DNA of 64,000 bases from Squalus acanthias (taxonomy: Eukaryota): positions 143,098,001-143,162,000 of the forward strand of contig CM059431.1 in NCBI GenBank assembly GCA_030390025.1, given 5' to 3'. A program made the position numbers and the translations under genes. This document shows positions 26,249 to 39,689 of the stretch, piece after piece (within the stretch, counting starts at the first letter, position 1; each line of letters starts with the position of its first letter). Under the pieces are notes generated by a model. The model saw only the letters and a list, made by a program, of their open reading frames with translations. It searched no databases and was not told the DNA's origin.

Positions 26249-29200
26249 CTAATTAATAGATGATGATGGTGCTGTACTGACCTGGGATGGTGTAGTCTGA
26301 TTAATAGATGATGATGGTGCTGTACTGACCTGGGATGGTGTAGTCTGATTAACAGATGATGATGGTGCTGTATTGACCTGGGATGGTGTTGTCTGATTTA
26401 TAGATGATGATGATGATGCTGTATTGACCTGGGATGGTGTAGTCTGATTTATAGATGATGATGGTGCTGTATTGACCTGGGATGGTGTAGTCTGCTTTAT
26501 AGACGATGATGGTGCTGTATTGACCTCGGATGTTGTAGTCTGATTTATAGATGATGATGATGCTGTATTGACCTGGGATGGTGTAGTCTGATTTATAGAT
26601 GATGATGGTGCTGTATTGACCTGGGATGGTGTAGTCTGCTTTATAGACGATGATGGTGATGTATTGACCTGGGATGGTGTAGTCTGATTTATAGAGGTCG
26701 ATGGTGCTGTATTCACCTGGGATGGAGTAGTCTGCTTTATAGATGATGATAGTGCTGTATTGACCTGGGATGGTGGAGTCTCATTTATAGATGATGATGG
26801 TGTTGTATTGACCTGGGATGGTGGAGTCTGATTTATAGATGATGATGGCGCTGTATTGACCTGGGATGGTGTAGTCTGTTTTATAGACGATGATGGTGAT
26901 GTATTGATCTGGGATGGTGTAGTCTGATTTATAGAGGTCGATGGTGCTGTATTCACCTGGGATGGAGTAGTCTGCTTTATAGATGATGAACGGATTCTAG
27001 CACTGACCTGGGATTTTTTAGACACCGCAAAAGTTAATGTCAATGCTGAATGTAAAGCCGGAAGCAGCATTGGTCTCATAGTGACAGCTGATGACTGTTG
27101 CATGGTTCTACCTGTCAGGGAGGGTGGAAACACATTGTTGTTTTCGGTCGATGATGGTGCCTTTACCTTGTTGGAAGACGGAGGCACATTCGCACTGGAC
27201 AAGCTGGGCACACTCGCACTGCTCACGATAGGTACAGTCTCACTGGTCAGTCTGGGCACACTCGCACTGCTCACGATGGGCACAGTCTCAGTGGTCACGA
27301 TGGGCACATTCTCACTGGTCATGATGGGCAGAGTCTCACTGGTCACGATGGGCACAGTCTCACCGGTCACGATGGGCACCGTCTCACTGTTCACGATGGG
27401 CAAAGTCTCACTGGTCACGATGGGCAGATTCTCATTGGTCACGATGGGCACAGTCTCACCGGTCACGATGGGCACCTTCTCATTGGTCACGATGGGCAGA
27501 GTCTCAACAGTCACGATGGGCACCGTCTCATTGGTCACGATGGGCACCGTCGCATTGGTCACGATGGGCAGAGTCTCACCGGTCACGATGGGCACAGAGT
27601 CACTGGTCACGATGGGCAGATTCTCATTGGTCACGATGGGCACAGTCTCACTGGTCACGATGGGCACAGTCTCACTGGTCACGATGGGCACAGTCTCACT
27701 GGTCACGATGGGCACAGTCTCACTGGTCACGATGGGCACAGTGTCACTGGTCACGATGGGCACAGTCTCACTGGTCACGATGGGCACAGTCTCACTGGTC
27801 ACGATGGGCACAGTCTCAGTGGTCACGATGGGCAGATTCTCATTGGTCACGATGGGCACATTCTCATTGGTCACGATGGGCAGATTCTCACTGATCACGA
27901 TGGGCAGAGTCTCACTGGTCACGATGGGCACAGTCTCACTGGTCACGATGGGCACAGTCTCACTGGTCACGATGGGCACTGTCTCACTGGTCACGATGGG
28001 CAGATTCTCATTGGTCACGATGGGCAGATTCTCATTGGTCACGATGGGCACAGTCTCACTGGTCACGATGGGCACAGTCTCACTGGTCACGATAGGCACT
28101 GTCTCACTGGTCACGATGGGCAGATTCTCATTGGTCACGATGGGCAGATTCTCATTGGTCACGATGGGCACAGTCTCACTGGTCACGATGGGCACAGTCT
28201 CACTGGTCACGATGGGCACAGTCTCACTGTTCACGATGGGCAGATTCTCAGTGGTCACGATGGGCACCGTCTCACTGGTCACGATGGGTACGGTCTCAGT
28301 GGTCACGATGGGCAGATTCTCATTGGTCACGATGGGCACAGTCTCATTGGTCACGATGTGCAGATTCTCACTGATCACGATGGGCACAGTCTCAGTGGTC
28401 AAGATGGGCACAGTCTCAGTGGTCACGATGGGCACAGTCTCAGTGGTCACGATGGGCACAGTCTCAGTGGTCACGATGGGCACAGTCTCACTGTTCACGA
28501 TGGGCAGATTCTCAGTGGTCACGATGGGCACAGTCTCACTGGTCACGATGGGCAGATTCTCATTGGTCACGATGGGCACAGTCTCACTGGTCACGATGGG
28601 CACAGTCTCACTGGTCACGATGGGCACAGTCTCACTGGTCACGATGGGCACAGTCTCACTGGTCACGATGGGCACAGTGTCACTGGTCACGATGGGCACA
28701 GTCTCACTGGTCACGATGGGCACAGTCTCACTGATCACGATGGGCACAGTCTCAGTGGTCACGATGGGCAGATTCTCATTGGTCACGATGGGCACATTCT
28801 CATTGGTCACGATGGGCAGATTCTCACTGATCACGATGGGCAGAGTCTCACTGGTCACGATGGGCACAGTCTCACTGGTCACGATGGGCACAGTCTCACT
28901 GGTCACGATGGGCACAGTCTCAGTGGTCACGATGGGCAGATTCTCATTGGTCACGATGGGCACAGTCTCATTGGTCACGATGTGCAGATTCTCACTGATC
29001 ACGATGGGCACAGTCTCAGTGGTCAAGATGGGCACAGTCTCAGTGGTCACGATGGGCACAGTCTCAGTGGTCACGATGGGCACAGTCTCAGTGTTCACGA
29101 TGGGCACAGTCTCACTGTTCACGATGGGCAGATTCTCAGTGGTCACGATGGGCACAGTCTCACTGGTCACGATGGGCAGATTCTCATTGGTCACGATGGG

Positions 29201-32200
29201 CAGATTCTCATTGGTCACGATGGGCACAGTCTCACTGGTCACGATGGGCACAGTCTCACTGGTCACGATGGGCACAGTCTCACTGGTCACGATGGGCAGA
29301 TTCTCAGTGGTCACGATGGGCACAGTCTCACTGGTCACGATGGGCACAGTCTCACTGGTCACGATGGGCACAGTCTCACTGGTCACGATGGGCAGATTCT
29401 CAGTGGTCACGATGGGCACAGTCTCACTGGTCACGATGGGCACAGTCTCAGTGGTCACGATGGGCAGATTCTCATTGGTCACGATGGGCACAGTCTCATT
29501 GGTCACGATGTGCAGATTCTCACTGATCACGATGGGCACAGTCTCAGTGGTCAAGATGGGCACAGTCTCAGTGGTCACGATGGGCACAGTCTCAGTGGTC
29601 ACGATGGGCACAGTCTCAGTGTTCACGATGGGCACAGTCTTACTGTTCACGATGGGCAGATTCTCAGTGGTCACGATGGGCACAGTCTCACTGGTCAAGA
29701 TGGGCAGATTCTCATTGGTCACGATGGGCACAGTCTCACTGGTCACGATGGGCACAGTCTCACTGGTCACGATGGGCACAGTCTCACTGGTCACGATGGG
29801 CACAGTGTCACTGGTCACGATGGGCACAGTCTCACTGTCACGATGGGCACAGTCTCACTGGTCACGATGGGCACAGTCTCAGTGGTCACGATGGGCAGAT
29901 TCTCATTGGTCACGATGGGCACAGTCTCATTTGTCACGATGGGCACAGTCTCACTGGTCACGATGGGCACAGTCTCAGTGGTCACGATGGGCAGATTCTT
30001 ATTGGTCACGATGGGCACATTCTCATTGGTCACGATGTGCAGATTCTCACTGATCACGATGGGCACAGTCTCAGTGGTCAAGATGGGCACAGTCTCAGTG
30101 GTCACGATGGGCACAGTCTCAGTGGTCACGATGGGGACAGTCTCACTGGTCACGATGGGCACAGTCTCAGTGGTCACGATGGGCACAGTCTCTGTGGTCA
30201 CGATGGGCACAGTCTCATTGTTCACGATGGGCAGATTCTCACTGGTCACGATGGGCACAGTCTCACTGGTCACGATGGGCACAGTCTCAGTGGTCACGAT
30301 GGGCACAGTCTCACTGGTCACGATGGGCACATTCTCACTGGTGACGATGGGCACAGTCTCACTGTTCACGATGGGCAGAGTCTCACTGATGACGATGGGC
30401 ACAGTCTCACTGTTCACGATGGGTACATTCTCATTGGTCACGATGGGCACAGTCTCATTGGTCACGATCGGTGCAGTCTCACTGGTCACGATGGGCACAG
30501 TCTCACTGGTCACGGTGGGCACAGTCTCATTGGTCACGATGGGTAGAGTCTCACTGGTCACGATGGGCACAGTCTCACTGGTCACGATGGGTACAGTCTC
30601 ATTGGTCACGATGGGCAGAGTCTCACTGGTCACGATGGGCACAGTCTCACTGATCACGATGGGCACAGTCTCGCTGGCCACGGTGGGCACAGTCTCATTG
30701 GTCACGATGGGCACAGTCTCACTGGTCACGATGGGTACAGTCTCATTGGTCACGATCGGTGCAGTCTCACTGGTCACGATGGGCAGAGTCTCACTGGTCA
30801 CGATGGGTACAGTCTCATTGGTCACGATGGGCACAGTCTCACTGATCACGATGGGTACAGTCTCACTGGTCACGATGGGTACAGTCACACTGGTCACGCT
30901 GGGTACAGTCTCACTGATCACGATGGGCACAGTCTCACTGGTCACGATGGGTACAGTCTTACTGGTCACGGCGGGCACAGTCTCACTGGTCACGATGGGC
31001 ACAGTCTTACTGATCACGATGGGCACAGTGTCACTGGTCACGATGGGTACAGTCTTACTGGTCACGGCGGGCGCAGTCTCACTGGTCACAATGGGTACAG
31101 TCATACTGGTCACGTTGGGTACAGTCTTACTGGTCACGGCGGGCACAGTCTCACTGGTCACGATGGGTACAGTCTTACTGGTCACGGCGGGCACATTCTC
31201 ACTGGTCACGATGGGTACAGTCACAAAGGTCACGATGGGCACAGTCTTACTGGTCACGACGGGCACAGACTCACTGGTCACAATGGGTACAGTCACACTG
31301 GTCACGATGGGCAGATTCTCACTGGTCACGACGGGCACAGTCTCACTGGTCACGATGGGCAGAAACTCACTGGTCACGATGGGCACAGTCTCACTGGTCA
31401 CGACGGGCACAGACTCACTGGTCACGATGGGTACAGTCACACTGGTCACGATGGGCACAGTCTCACTGGTCAAGATGGGCAGATTCTCATTGGTCACGAT
31501 GGGCACAGTCTCACTGGTCACGATGGGCACAGTCTCACTGGTCACGATGGGCACAGTCTCACTGGTCACGATGGGCAATGTCTCACTGGTCACGATGGGC
31601 ACAGTCTCACTGGTCACGATGGGCACAGTGTCACTGGTCACGATGGGCACAGGCTCACTGGTCACGATGGGCACAGTCTCAGTGGTCACGATGGGCAGAT
31701 TCTCATTGGTCACGATGGGCACAGTCTCACTGGTCACGATGGGCACAGTCTCACTGGTCACGATGGGCACAGTCTCAGTGGTCACGATGGGCAGATTCTC
31801 ATTGGTCACGATGGGCACATTCTCATTGGTCACGATGTGCAGATTCTCACTGATCACGTAGGGCACAGTCTCAGTTGTCAAGATGGGCACAGTCTCAGTG
31901 GTCACGATGGGCACAGTCTCAGTGGTCACGATGGGGACAGTCTCACTGGTCACGATGGGCACAGTCTCAGTGGTCACGATGGGCACAGTCTCTGTGGTCA
32001 CGATGGGCACAGTCTCACTGGTCACGATGGGCAGATTATCATTGGTCACGATGGGCACAGTCTCAGTGGTCACGATGGGCACAGTCTCACTTGTCACGAT
32101 GGGCAGATTCTCACTGGTCACGATGGGCACAGTCTCAGTGGTCACGATGGGCACAGTCTCAGTGGTCACGATGGGCACAGTCTCACTGGTCACGATGGGC

Positions 32201-33914
32201 ACATTCTCACTGGTGACTATGGGCACAGTCTCACTGTTCACGATGGGCAGAGTCTCACTGATGACGATGGGCACAGTCTCACTGTTCACGATGGGTACAG
32301 TCTCATTGGTCACGATGGGCACAGTCTCATTGGTCACGATCGGTGCAGTCTCACTGGTCACGATGGGCACAGTCTCACTGGTCACGGTGGGCACAGTCTC
32401 ATTGGTCACGATGGGTAGAGTCTCACTGGTCACGATGGGCACAGTCTCACTGGTCACGATGGGTACAGTCTCATTGGTCACGATGGGCAGAGTCTCACTG
32501 GTCACGATGGGCACAGTCTCACTGATCACGACGGGCACAGTCTCGCTGGCCACGGTGGGCACAGTCTCATTGGTCACGATGGGCACAGTCTCACTGGTCA
32601 CGATGGGTACAGTCTCATTGGTCACGATCGGTGCAGTCTCACTGGTCACGATGGGCAGAGTCTCACTGGTCACGATGGGTACAGTCTCATTGGTCACGAT
32701 GGGCACAGTCTCACTGATCACGATGGGTACAGTCTCACTGGTCACGATGGGTACAGTCACACTGGTCACGCTGGGTACAGTCTCACTGATCACGATGGGC
32801 ACAGTCTCACTGGTCACGATGGGTACAGTCTTACTGGTCACGGCGGGCACAGTCTCACTGGTCACGATGGGCACAGTCTCACTGATCACGATGGGCACAG
32901 TCTCACTGGTCACGATGGGTACAGTCTTACTGGTCACGGCGGGCGCAGTCTCACTGGTCACGATGGGTACAGTCTTACTGGTCACGTTGGGTACAGTCTT
33001 ACTGGTCACGGCGGGCACAGTCTCACTGGTCACGATGGGTACAGTCTTACTGGTCACGGCGGGCACATTCTCACTGGTCACGATGGGTACAGTCACAAAG
33101 GTCACGATGGGCACAGTCTTACTGGTCACGACGGGTACAGACTCACTGGTCACGATGGGTACAGTCACACTGGTCACGATGGGCAGATTCTCACTGGTCA
33201 CGACGGGCACAGTCTCACTGGTCACGATGGGCAGAAACTCACTGGTCACGATGGGCACAGTCTCACTGGTCACGACGGGCACAGACTCACTGGTCACGAT
33301 GGGTACAGTCACACTGGTCACGATGGGCAGATTCTCACTGGTCACGACGGGCACAGACTCACTGGTCACGATGGGCACAGTCTCACTTGTCACGATGGGC
33401 AGAATCTCACTGGTCACGATGGGCACAGTCTCACTGGTCACGATGGGTACAGTCTCACTGGTCACGATGGGCACAATCTCACTGGTCACGATGGGTACAG
33501 TCTCACTAGTCACGATGGGCACAGTCTCAGTGGTCACGATGGGCACAGTCGCACTGTTCATGACGGGTGCCATCGTACTGGTCACGATAGGAATGGTCAC
33601 ACTAGTCATGAAGGGCACAATCGCACTGATCCAATAATCCATAATTGTGGATAAACTGAAAGCCCGTAAGGATGCTGTAGAAGTTGGAGGCTGTGCTGTT
33701 GAACTGGGGTGTGGACCTACTCTACCAAGTGAAGAGGAGGTTTCCATTGATGCAGGGTGAATGGGCGATCGAGGCGCAGTTGAACTTCTCATGGACGTGG
33801 TTGTACTTTTGATGCGGTGGTTCACAATCCTGGAGTTGAGAGAAAGTGGATTCTGGGATTCGGTGAGCGTCGGCAGCCCATTGGTCGGGGAATGCGCTCT
33901 GGTCATAGTTGTCA
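26249..33914 (-). CDS. Exon 7 (terminal) of transcobalamin-alpha/mucin gene: giant PTS mucin domain; 1-bp frameshift at ~29837
   Basis: Acceptor TTTCTCCTACTTCGCACAG| at 33915-33916, phase 1, in frame with ORF 29815-33942. About 265 x 24-nt VTSETVPI units, then about 16 x 48-nt SQVNTAPSSSINQTTP units; TAG at 26249-26251. Confidence 0.8.
27190..33620 (-). repeat. 24-bp coding tandem repeat (plus-strand unit GGTCACGATGGGCACAGTCTCACT) with higher-order duplications
   Basis: Directly visible; rare variants recur at an offset of 1872 bp. Confidence 0.97.
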
Positions 33915-33960
33915 CTGTGCGAAGTAGGAGAAACAATGTCAAAAGATCATGGGAGGCAAC

Positions 33961-34149
33961 GGGCAGTAAAGTTGGACTTGGGCAAAGATGGAAAACAGGG
34001 AGAATCGCATTTGCCAGCCGTTTTGCAACACGCCTGATATCCGGTTCTGTTGGAAATAGTGGAATGAATATCGGGGTTTATAAAGAAAGAAACGGGAGAC
34101 CGATGACATAACGCCTGTTTTGCGCCTTTGCACTTGTCCAATTTCACCC
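33961..34149. mobile_element. Palindromic MITE-like element
   Basis: Imperfect inverted ends (..AAAGTTGGAC / GTCCAATTTCACCC). Confidence 0.45.
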
Positions 34150-34927
34150 ACAACTTCTAGAGACACGCTCAAAATCAGCGCCTGTGAAAAGTGGAGCTCA
34201 GGCACAAACCAGCTCTGCATTCCAGTTAATGTGACCATTGTCATATGTGAAGATCCCTGAGGATATCTACATTGGTGAACCTCCCGCTGGGAGTGAGGCC
34301 AAGCAGATGGCTCAGGGCTTCCAATTTATTCGCTTAGAAAACTGAGCAAACATAAAGGATTCAGGAAGGTCAAGGGTTGAATGGGTAAAATCCCCGCTTC
34401 AGTGCTCCTGGCAAATACCCAGGAGAAAATATCATGAAACTGGACAGTGATTTAAAACTAACAACGACGAATTGTTAGGATCTGGAATGCACTGACTGAA
34501 AGTGGGGTGGAAGCAGATTCAATAGTAACTTTCAAAGGGGATTCGGATAAATATTTCTAGAGGAAAACTGCAGGGCTATGGGGAGAGGGCAGGGCACTGG
34601 AACTAATTGGATTGCTCTTTCGAAGCGCCGACACAGGCACTATGGGTCGAATGGCCTCATTCTACACTCTATCCTTCCAGGATTCATTTCCATTTGCTAT
34701 TTCTTCTTCATTTTGATTCCTAACCCAATGTGAGTAGCTTCCCATCTGTACAGCCTGGGAGCAGCGCATCCAGGAAATTCTGGAGCTGAGCTTTGCATTC
34801 TGGGAACGAAACCTGCCCGATTTTCCTTCCGTTATTTTCGTTGCAGTTTTTGTTCGGGCCGTGTAATCTTCGCGCCACATTCTCCCTTATTAACCCCTCC
34901 TAGGGAGTTCTTAAAGCTGAGAGGCGT

Positions 34928-35106
34928 GGTGAAATTCGATAAGGATGGGGACGCAAGACAGGAGAAATCGCTCTCACCAACCATTATGGACACGCCCGAT
35001 ATCCAGTTCTTTTGAAGTCAATGGGACCGAATATGGGGCGGAGCGGATATCGGACACCTGATGCAACACCGTACGTTTTGCGAACTCGCCAATGTCGAAT
35101 TTCACC
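34928..35106. mobile_element. MITE with 12-bp TIRs
   Basis: GGTGAAATTCGA (34928-34939) / TCGAATTTCACC (35095-35106). Confidence 0.65.
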
Positions 35107-35145
35107 GTCCCCCATACTTAGTCCGGTATGTTGCTGTACCCTTAC

Positions 35146-35332
35146 CTTTATATACAGGACAGGTTATCTTGTTCACGTCCAGGTAACTTTTTCCTCCCAG
35201 GGCTATCGCCACCTGTGACATTGTTGTAAGTTTTTCCCAGTTTCCCCGAGAAATTTCATGCACCATTTTCTGCACAGATTTGGTGCAATTATAGACACGT
35301 GAGGTGAACACGTTTATGTTTTCGTCCAGGGC
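35146..35332 (-). CDS. Exon 6, transcobalamin/intrinsic factor-like alpha domain
   Basis: AG|GCC...AAAG|GTAAGG, 187 nt, phase 0->1. ALDENINVFTSRVYNCTKSVQKMVHEISRGNWEKLTTMSQVAIALGGKSYLDVNKITCPVYK matches the family WNC....I.QG.F.NP....Q.LP.L.GKTYLDV...C. Confidence 0.9.
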
Positions 35333-35489
35333 CTGGAGTGTAAAGAAGGTAAAACTAATTTTAATATTTAATTTTAATGATCCGGAGATCATTTAGTCTG
35401 AGCACATATGAACTCTGTTTCAAAGCACTGTAATATAAAGTGGGAGTGAATGGAAATAAAAATCGGGAGAGATCGGGCTGCAGATTCGC

Positions 35490-36590
35490 CATCACCTGTT
35501 TTACACCTTAAAGAGTGTGCAGTGACCCAGGGACGTGGGAGTTAATGTCATAGTTCCCTGAAGGTGGCAGGACATATTGAGAGAATGGTTAGCAATGCCA
35601 ATGTCATAAATAAAGGTATTGAGTACAAAAGTAGAAAAGTTATGCTCAGCCTCTTTGAAGCTCTGGTTAGACCACAACTGGCGTGTTGCATCCAGTTGTG
35701 GTCACCACAGTTTAGGAAGGATATGAAGGACCTTGAGAGAATGCAGAGGAGATTTACCATAATGGTTCCGGGGATGGGGTATCTTAGCTACAAGGACAGT
35801 TTGGAGAAGTTGGATTTGTTTTCATTAGAGCAAAGGAGGTTGAGGGATGATTTGATGGAGATTTACAAGATTATGACGGGTTTGGATAGGCTAGACGGGG
35901 ACAGGCTTATCCCACTAGTTGATGGTACAAGGACTAGGGGACAAAGATTTAAGGTTTTGTGCAAGAGGTACAATGGGGGATGTGAGGAAAAAAAAATTTT
36001 ATGCAGCGAGTGGCGAAGACCTGGAATTCGCTGCCGACGAAAGTTGTGGAAGCGGAGACACTCAATGCTTTCACGGGGAGACTGGGTAGGCACTTGATGG
36101 AATAAACTTGCAGGGCTACGGGGATGGAGCGGGGGAATGGGACTGACTGGATGTTCTACAGAGAGCCGGATTGGACTCGATGGGCCGAATGGCCTCGTTC
36201 TGTGCCGTTATGAATCTATTACTCTATGATTCTATTACTGAAAGGTGAACTAAAAGAGCTCTTCAAAATTATGAATGGATTTCATAAGGTAAACGTAGAG
36301 AAGACGTCTCCACTTGCAGGGTGAGTCCAAAACTAGGGTCCATACATATAAGATAGCCACTCATAAACCCAACAAGGAATTTAGGAGAAACTTCTTCACT
36401 AGAGAGTGGATAGAAGTTGTAACTCGCTATCACAAGGAGTAGCATAGGAAGCGAATAACAAAGATTGATTTAAGGGAAATATATATGAAGGAGAAAGGAA
36501 TAGAAGGATATGGTGATAGGGTTAGTAGGGCGGGAGGAGCCTCGTGTGGCCCACAAACACACGAATGACCTGTTTCTGTACTGAACATTC
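35490..36590 (+). mobile_element. Two adjacent CR1 3' fragments
   Basis: ORF 35564-36097: LVRPQLACCIQLWSPQFRKD..LFSLEQRRLRDDL. Confidence 0.85.
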
Positions 36591-37181
36591 CATTTAAAGA
36601 TTGTCCTCTTGGAATTTGAAGTCAACCAGTTTCTCAATATAACTCAACATCCTGTTTACATTGTTTATCGCCACTTCAGTGTATTGATTTGATGAACATT
36701 GAATCATTCGCATTCTGTTGTGATTACTTTAACTGTGAGCGATGATGTACAATGGCCAATTTTGAATTAACCGGCCATTGTATACCATGCCCGATTTTCC
36801 TTTGCATTGAATCCATGGAAGGTAAAATCTGGTGCCTGTAAATTGAAGAGCAATTGGATATTACCCATTTTACACCTTCACCAAAAGTTAAAATCACCCC
36901 TTAAATCTATTTCAACCAATGCCCTCCGCTCCTGGCGAGTTCTATCCCATGAAAGATATCGAGGTGTCTCAGAATCTTCCACTAGGATGTATTTTGCAAT
37001 ACTTCACACTGAACGTCATCTGAACAAATTGAACACCGATACACCAATACTGCAAAATCGTGTCTATGCTCTAATTGTTTAAGGTCTATCGCTTAATATG
37101 TTGTGAAGAAGCTGTTAATTACTAACTGCCCTTAGCTCTAATTAAATCAGAATCCTATTTTCTAATTTCACATCACAATAC

Positions 37182-37357
37182 CTGCATGGCCAGCCCTGTA
37201 CTGCTCAAGCTCCCAATGGTCCCGTCCTCTCTCACTTCACTTAGAATCCGCCTCATTATCCACATTAACGACTTTGCGATGTCAAGCCGAGATCTGCCTC
37301 TTGGTTGTTGCGAGTGTATCCAACACCTCAGACTAAGTGCCGCGGTGGCCATTGTAA
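37182..37357 (-). CDS. Exon 5, transcobalamin-like alpha domain
   Basis: TGTTGTAG|TT..ATGCAG|GTATTG, 176 nt, phase 1->0. VTMATAALSLRCW...EDGTIGSLSSTGLAMQ matches the family DT.AMA.LA..C and G..GN.YSTGLAMQ. Confidence 0.92.
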
Positions 37358-37839
37358 CTACAACACAGGAAACAATTACCATCGGTTCATGGAGTAAATT
37401 TGACAGGAGGGTCGGTAAATGGAGGACACAGATGTACGATATTGGCAAATGAATCTGAGGGGAGATGGGGAGTCATTTTTGCTTTTTTACACAGCGAGTT
37501 GTTATAATCTGGAATGCACTGCCTGAACGGGTGATGGAAGCAGATTCAATGGTGACTTTGAAAAGGGAATTTGATATATACTTGATAAGGATACAAATAC
37601 AGGGTTATGTCCTATGGGGAAAGAGAAGGGAGAGTGGGATTAATTGGGGAGCTATTTCAAAGAGCCACCACAGGTACGATGGGCCAACAGGCCTCCTTCT
37701 ATAAGTTTAGATGATTCTATGATGTCCGAAGCCTCCCATGCACAAGCGATCCGATCACCCATGGATGAAGAGACGCTTCCCAAATTTCCCATCATTTTCC
37801 TCACAACTGGTGTCCAATGGACTCCCTCCCAGCACTCTT

Positions 37840-38995
37840 CATCAATCGTAACCGGTGAATGCAAATAACCTCTTTCCGAACTCCATCAAATGGATATCTT
37901 CACCAATCGTAACCGGTGAACCCAGTAACCTCTTTCAAAACTCCATCAAATGGATATCTTCACCGACCGTAACCGGTGAACCCAGTAACCTCTTTCAAAA
38001 CTGCATCAAATTGATATCTTCACCGACCGTAACCTGTGAACACAGGTAACCTCTTTCAAAACTGCATCAAATGGATATCTTCACTGACCGTAACCTGTGA
38101 ACCCCGGTAACCTCTTTCAGAACTCCATCAAATGGATATCTTCACCAATCGTAACTGGTGAACGCAGGTAACCTCATTCAAAACTCCATCAAATGGATAT
38201 CTTCACCAAGCATAACCTGTGAACCCAGATAACCTCATTGAAAACTCCATCAAATGGATATCTTCACCAATCGTAACCCGTGAACCCAGGTAACCTCATT
38301 CAAAACTCCACCAAATGGATATCTTCACCGACCGTAACCTGTTAACCCAGGTAACCTCTTTCAAAACTGCATCAAATGGATATCTTCACTGACCGTAATC
38401 TGTGAACCCCGGTAACCTCTTTCTATAACTCCATCAAATGGATATCTTCACTAACCGTAACCTGTGAACCCCGGTTAATTCATTCAAAACTCCATCAAAT
38501 GGATATCTTCACCAACCGTAACCTGTGAACCCAGGTAACCTCATTCAAAACTCCATCAAATGGATATCTTCATCGACCGTAACCTGTGAACACAGGTAAC
38601 CTCTTTCAAAACTGCATCAAATGGATATCTTCACCGACCGTAACCTGTGAACCCGGCTAACCTCTTTCCAAACTCCATCAAATGGATATCTTCACTGACC
38701 ATCACCTGTGAACCCAGATAACCTCTTTCTATAACTCCATCAAACATATACCTTAACCGACCGTAACCTGTGAACACCGGAAACCTCTTTCTAAAACTCC
38801 ATCAAATGGATATCTTCACCGACCGTAACCTGTGAACTCTGGTAACCTCTTTCAAAACTACATCAAATGGATATCTTCACTAACCGTAACCTCTGAACCC
38901 CCCGGGTAACCGCTTTCAAAACTCCATCAAATGGATATCTTCACCGACCGTAACCTGTGAACCCAGATAACCACTTTAAAAACTCCATCAAATGG
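37840..38995. repeat. 60-61-bp intronic minisatellite (ACCGTAACCTGTGAACCCAGGTAACCTCTTTCAAAACTCCATCAAATGGATATCTTCACCG)
   Basis: About 19 tandem copies. Confidence 0.95.
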
Positions 38996-39042
38996 GTATT
39001 TTTGAAACTATAAAATGAAACATCTTGTCTGCTCAGACATAC

Positions 39043-39198
39043 CTACTGTTAATTCTTTCCCGTGATGAGCGATCTTCCTGAGATGAGCCCGGATGAAATT
39101 ATGAATGAGAAAGCCCGGGACAGGTTCCTCCTCCTGACACAGCGCCAGGATCGCCAGGCTGGCTTCAGTAAAGGCCTTTAGAGAATATCCAGCGTTTT
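39043..39198 (-). CDS. Exon 4, transcobalamin-like alpha domain
   Basis: TATTTACAG|AA..GTAG|GTATGT, 156 nt, phase 1->1. ENAGYSLKAFTEASLAILALCQEEE..KELTV matches the family P.TNYYQ.SL..LALC ... SV(D). Confidence 0.88.
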
Positions 39199-39689
39199 CT
39201 GTAAATACAGTGACAGACTCCAATGTTGGTGATATGCTCCACATCTGACAAACGGGAGACACAGATATGAGAATTCCTCACTAGTTCGTCCCCGATCCTC
39301 TCTGTGTGCCAGAAATCAGGCCAAGGATTTAAATGAATAAATTGAATTGGTGTAGAATTTACAGCACAGAAGGAGGCTATTCGGCCCATCAGGTCTAATT
39401 ATGCTCCACATGAGCCTCCTCCTACCTTACTTCATCTCAGTCGAGCAGCTTATCCGAGGGAGCTTATTCATTTCTCCCTCATGAACTTGTCTAACTTCGC
39501 CTTAAATACATCTATACAATTCGCCTCAACTTCTCCTGTGTTAGCAAATTCCACATTCTCGCCACTCTTCGGGAAAATAAGTTTCTCCTGAATCCCCCAT
39601 TGTTTTTTAGTAGTGACTCTACAGCGGAGTAATGCTCTCCGGCATGGCTATCAAGTACACATGACAAATCCGATGATGTCCAGCTGAAT

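Noticed and set aside
27081..33637. Long plus-strand ORFs (990, 1167 and 584 aa; VTMGTVSL and GHDGHSLT repeats)
   Set aside because: Antisense shadows of a stop-free 24-bp repeat. Only the minus frame has an acceptor in phase with upstream exons, a unique leader and mucin composition
34200..34345. Candidate small exon between exon 6 and the mucin exon
   Set aside because: Both AG acceptors tested hit stop codons in phase 1, with no family similarity
39200..39250. Upstream alternative acceptor for exon 4 (GTCAG| near 39245)
   Set aside because: In phase 1 it reads into a TGA; the 39198 acceptor restores family homology
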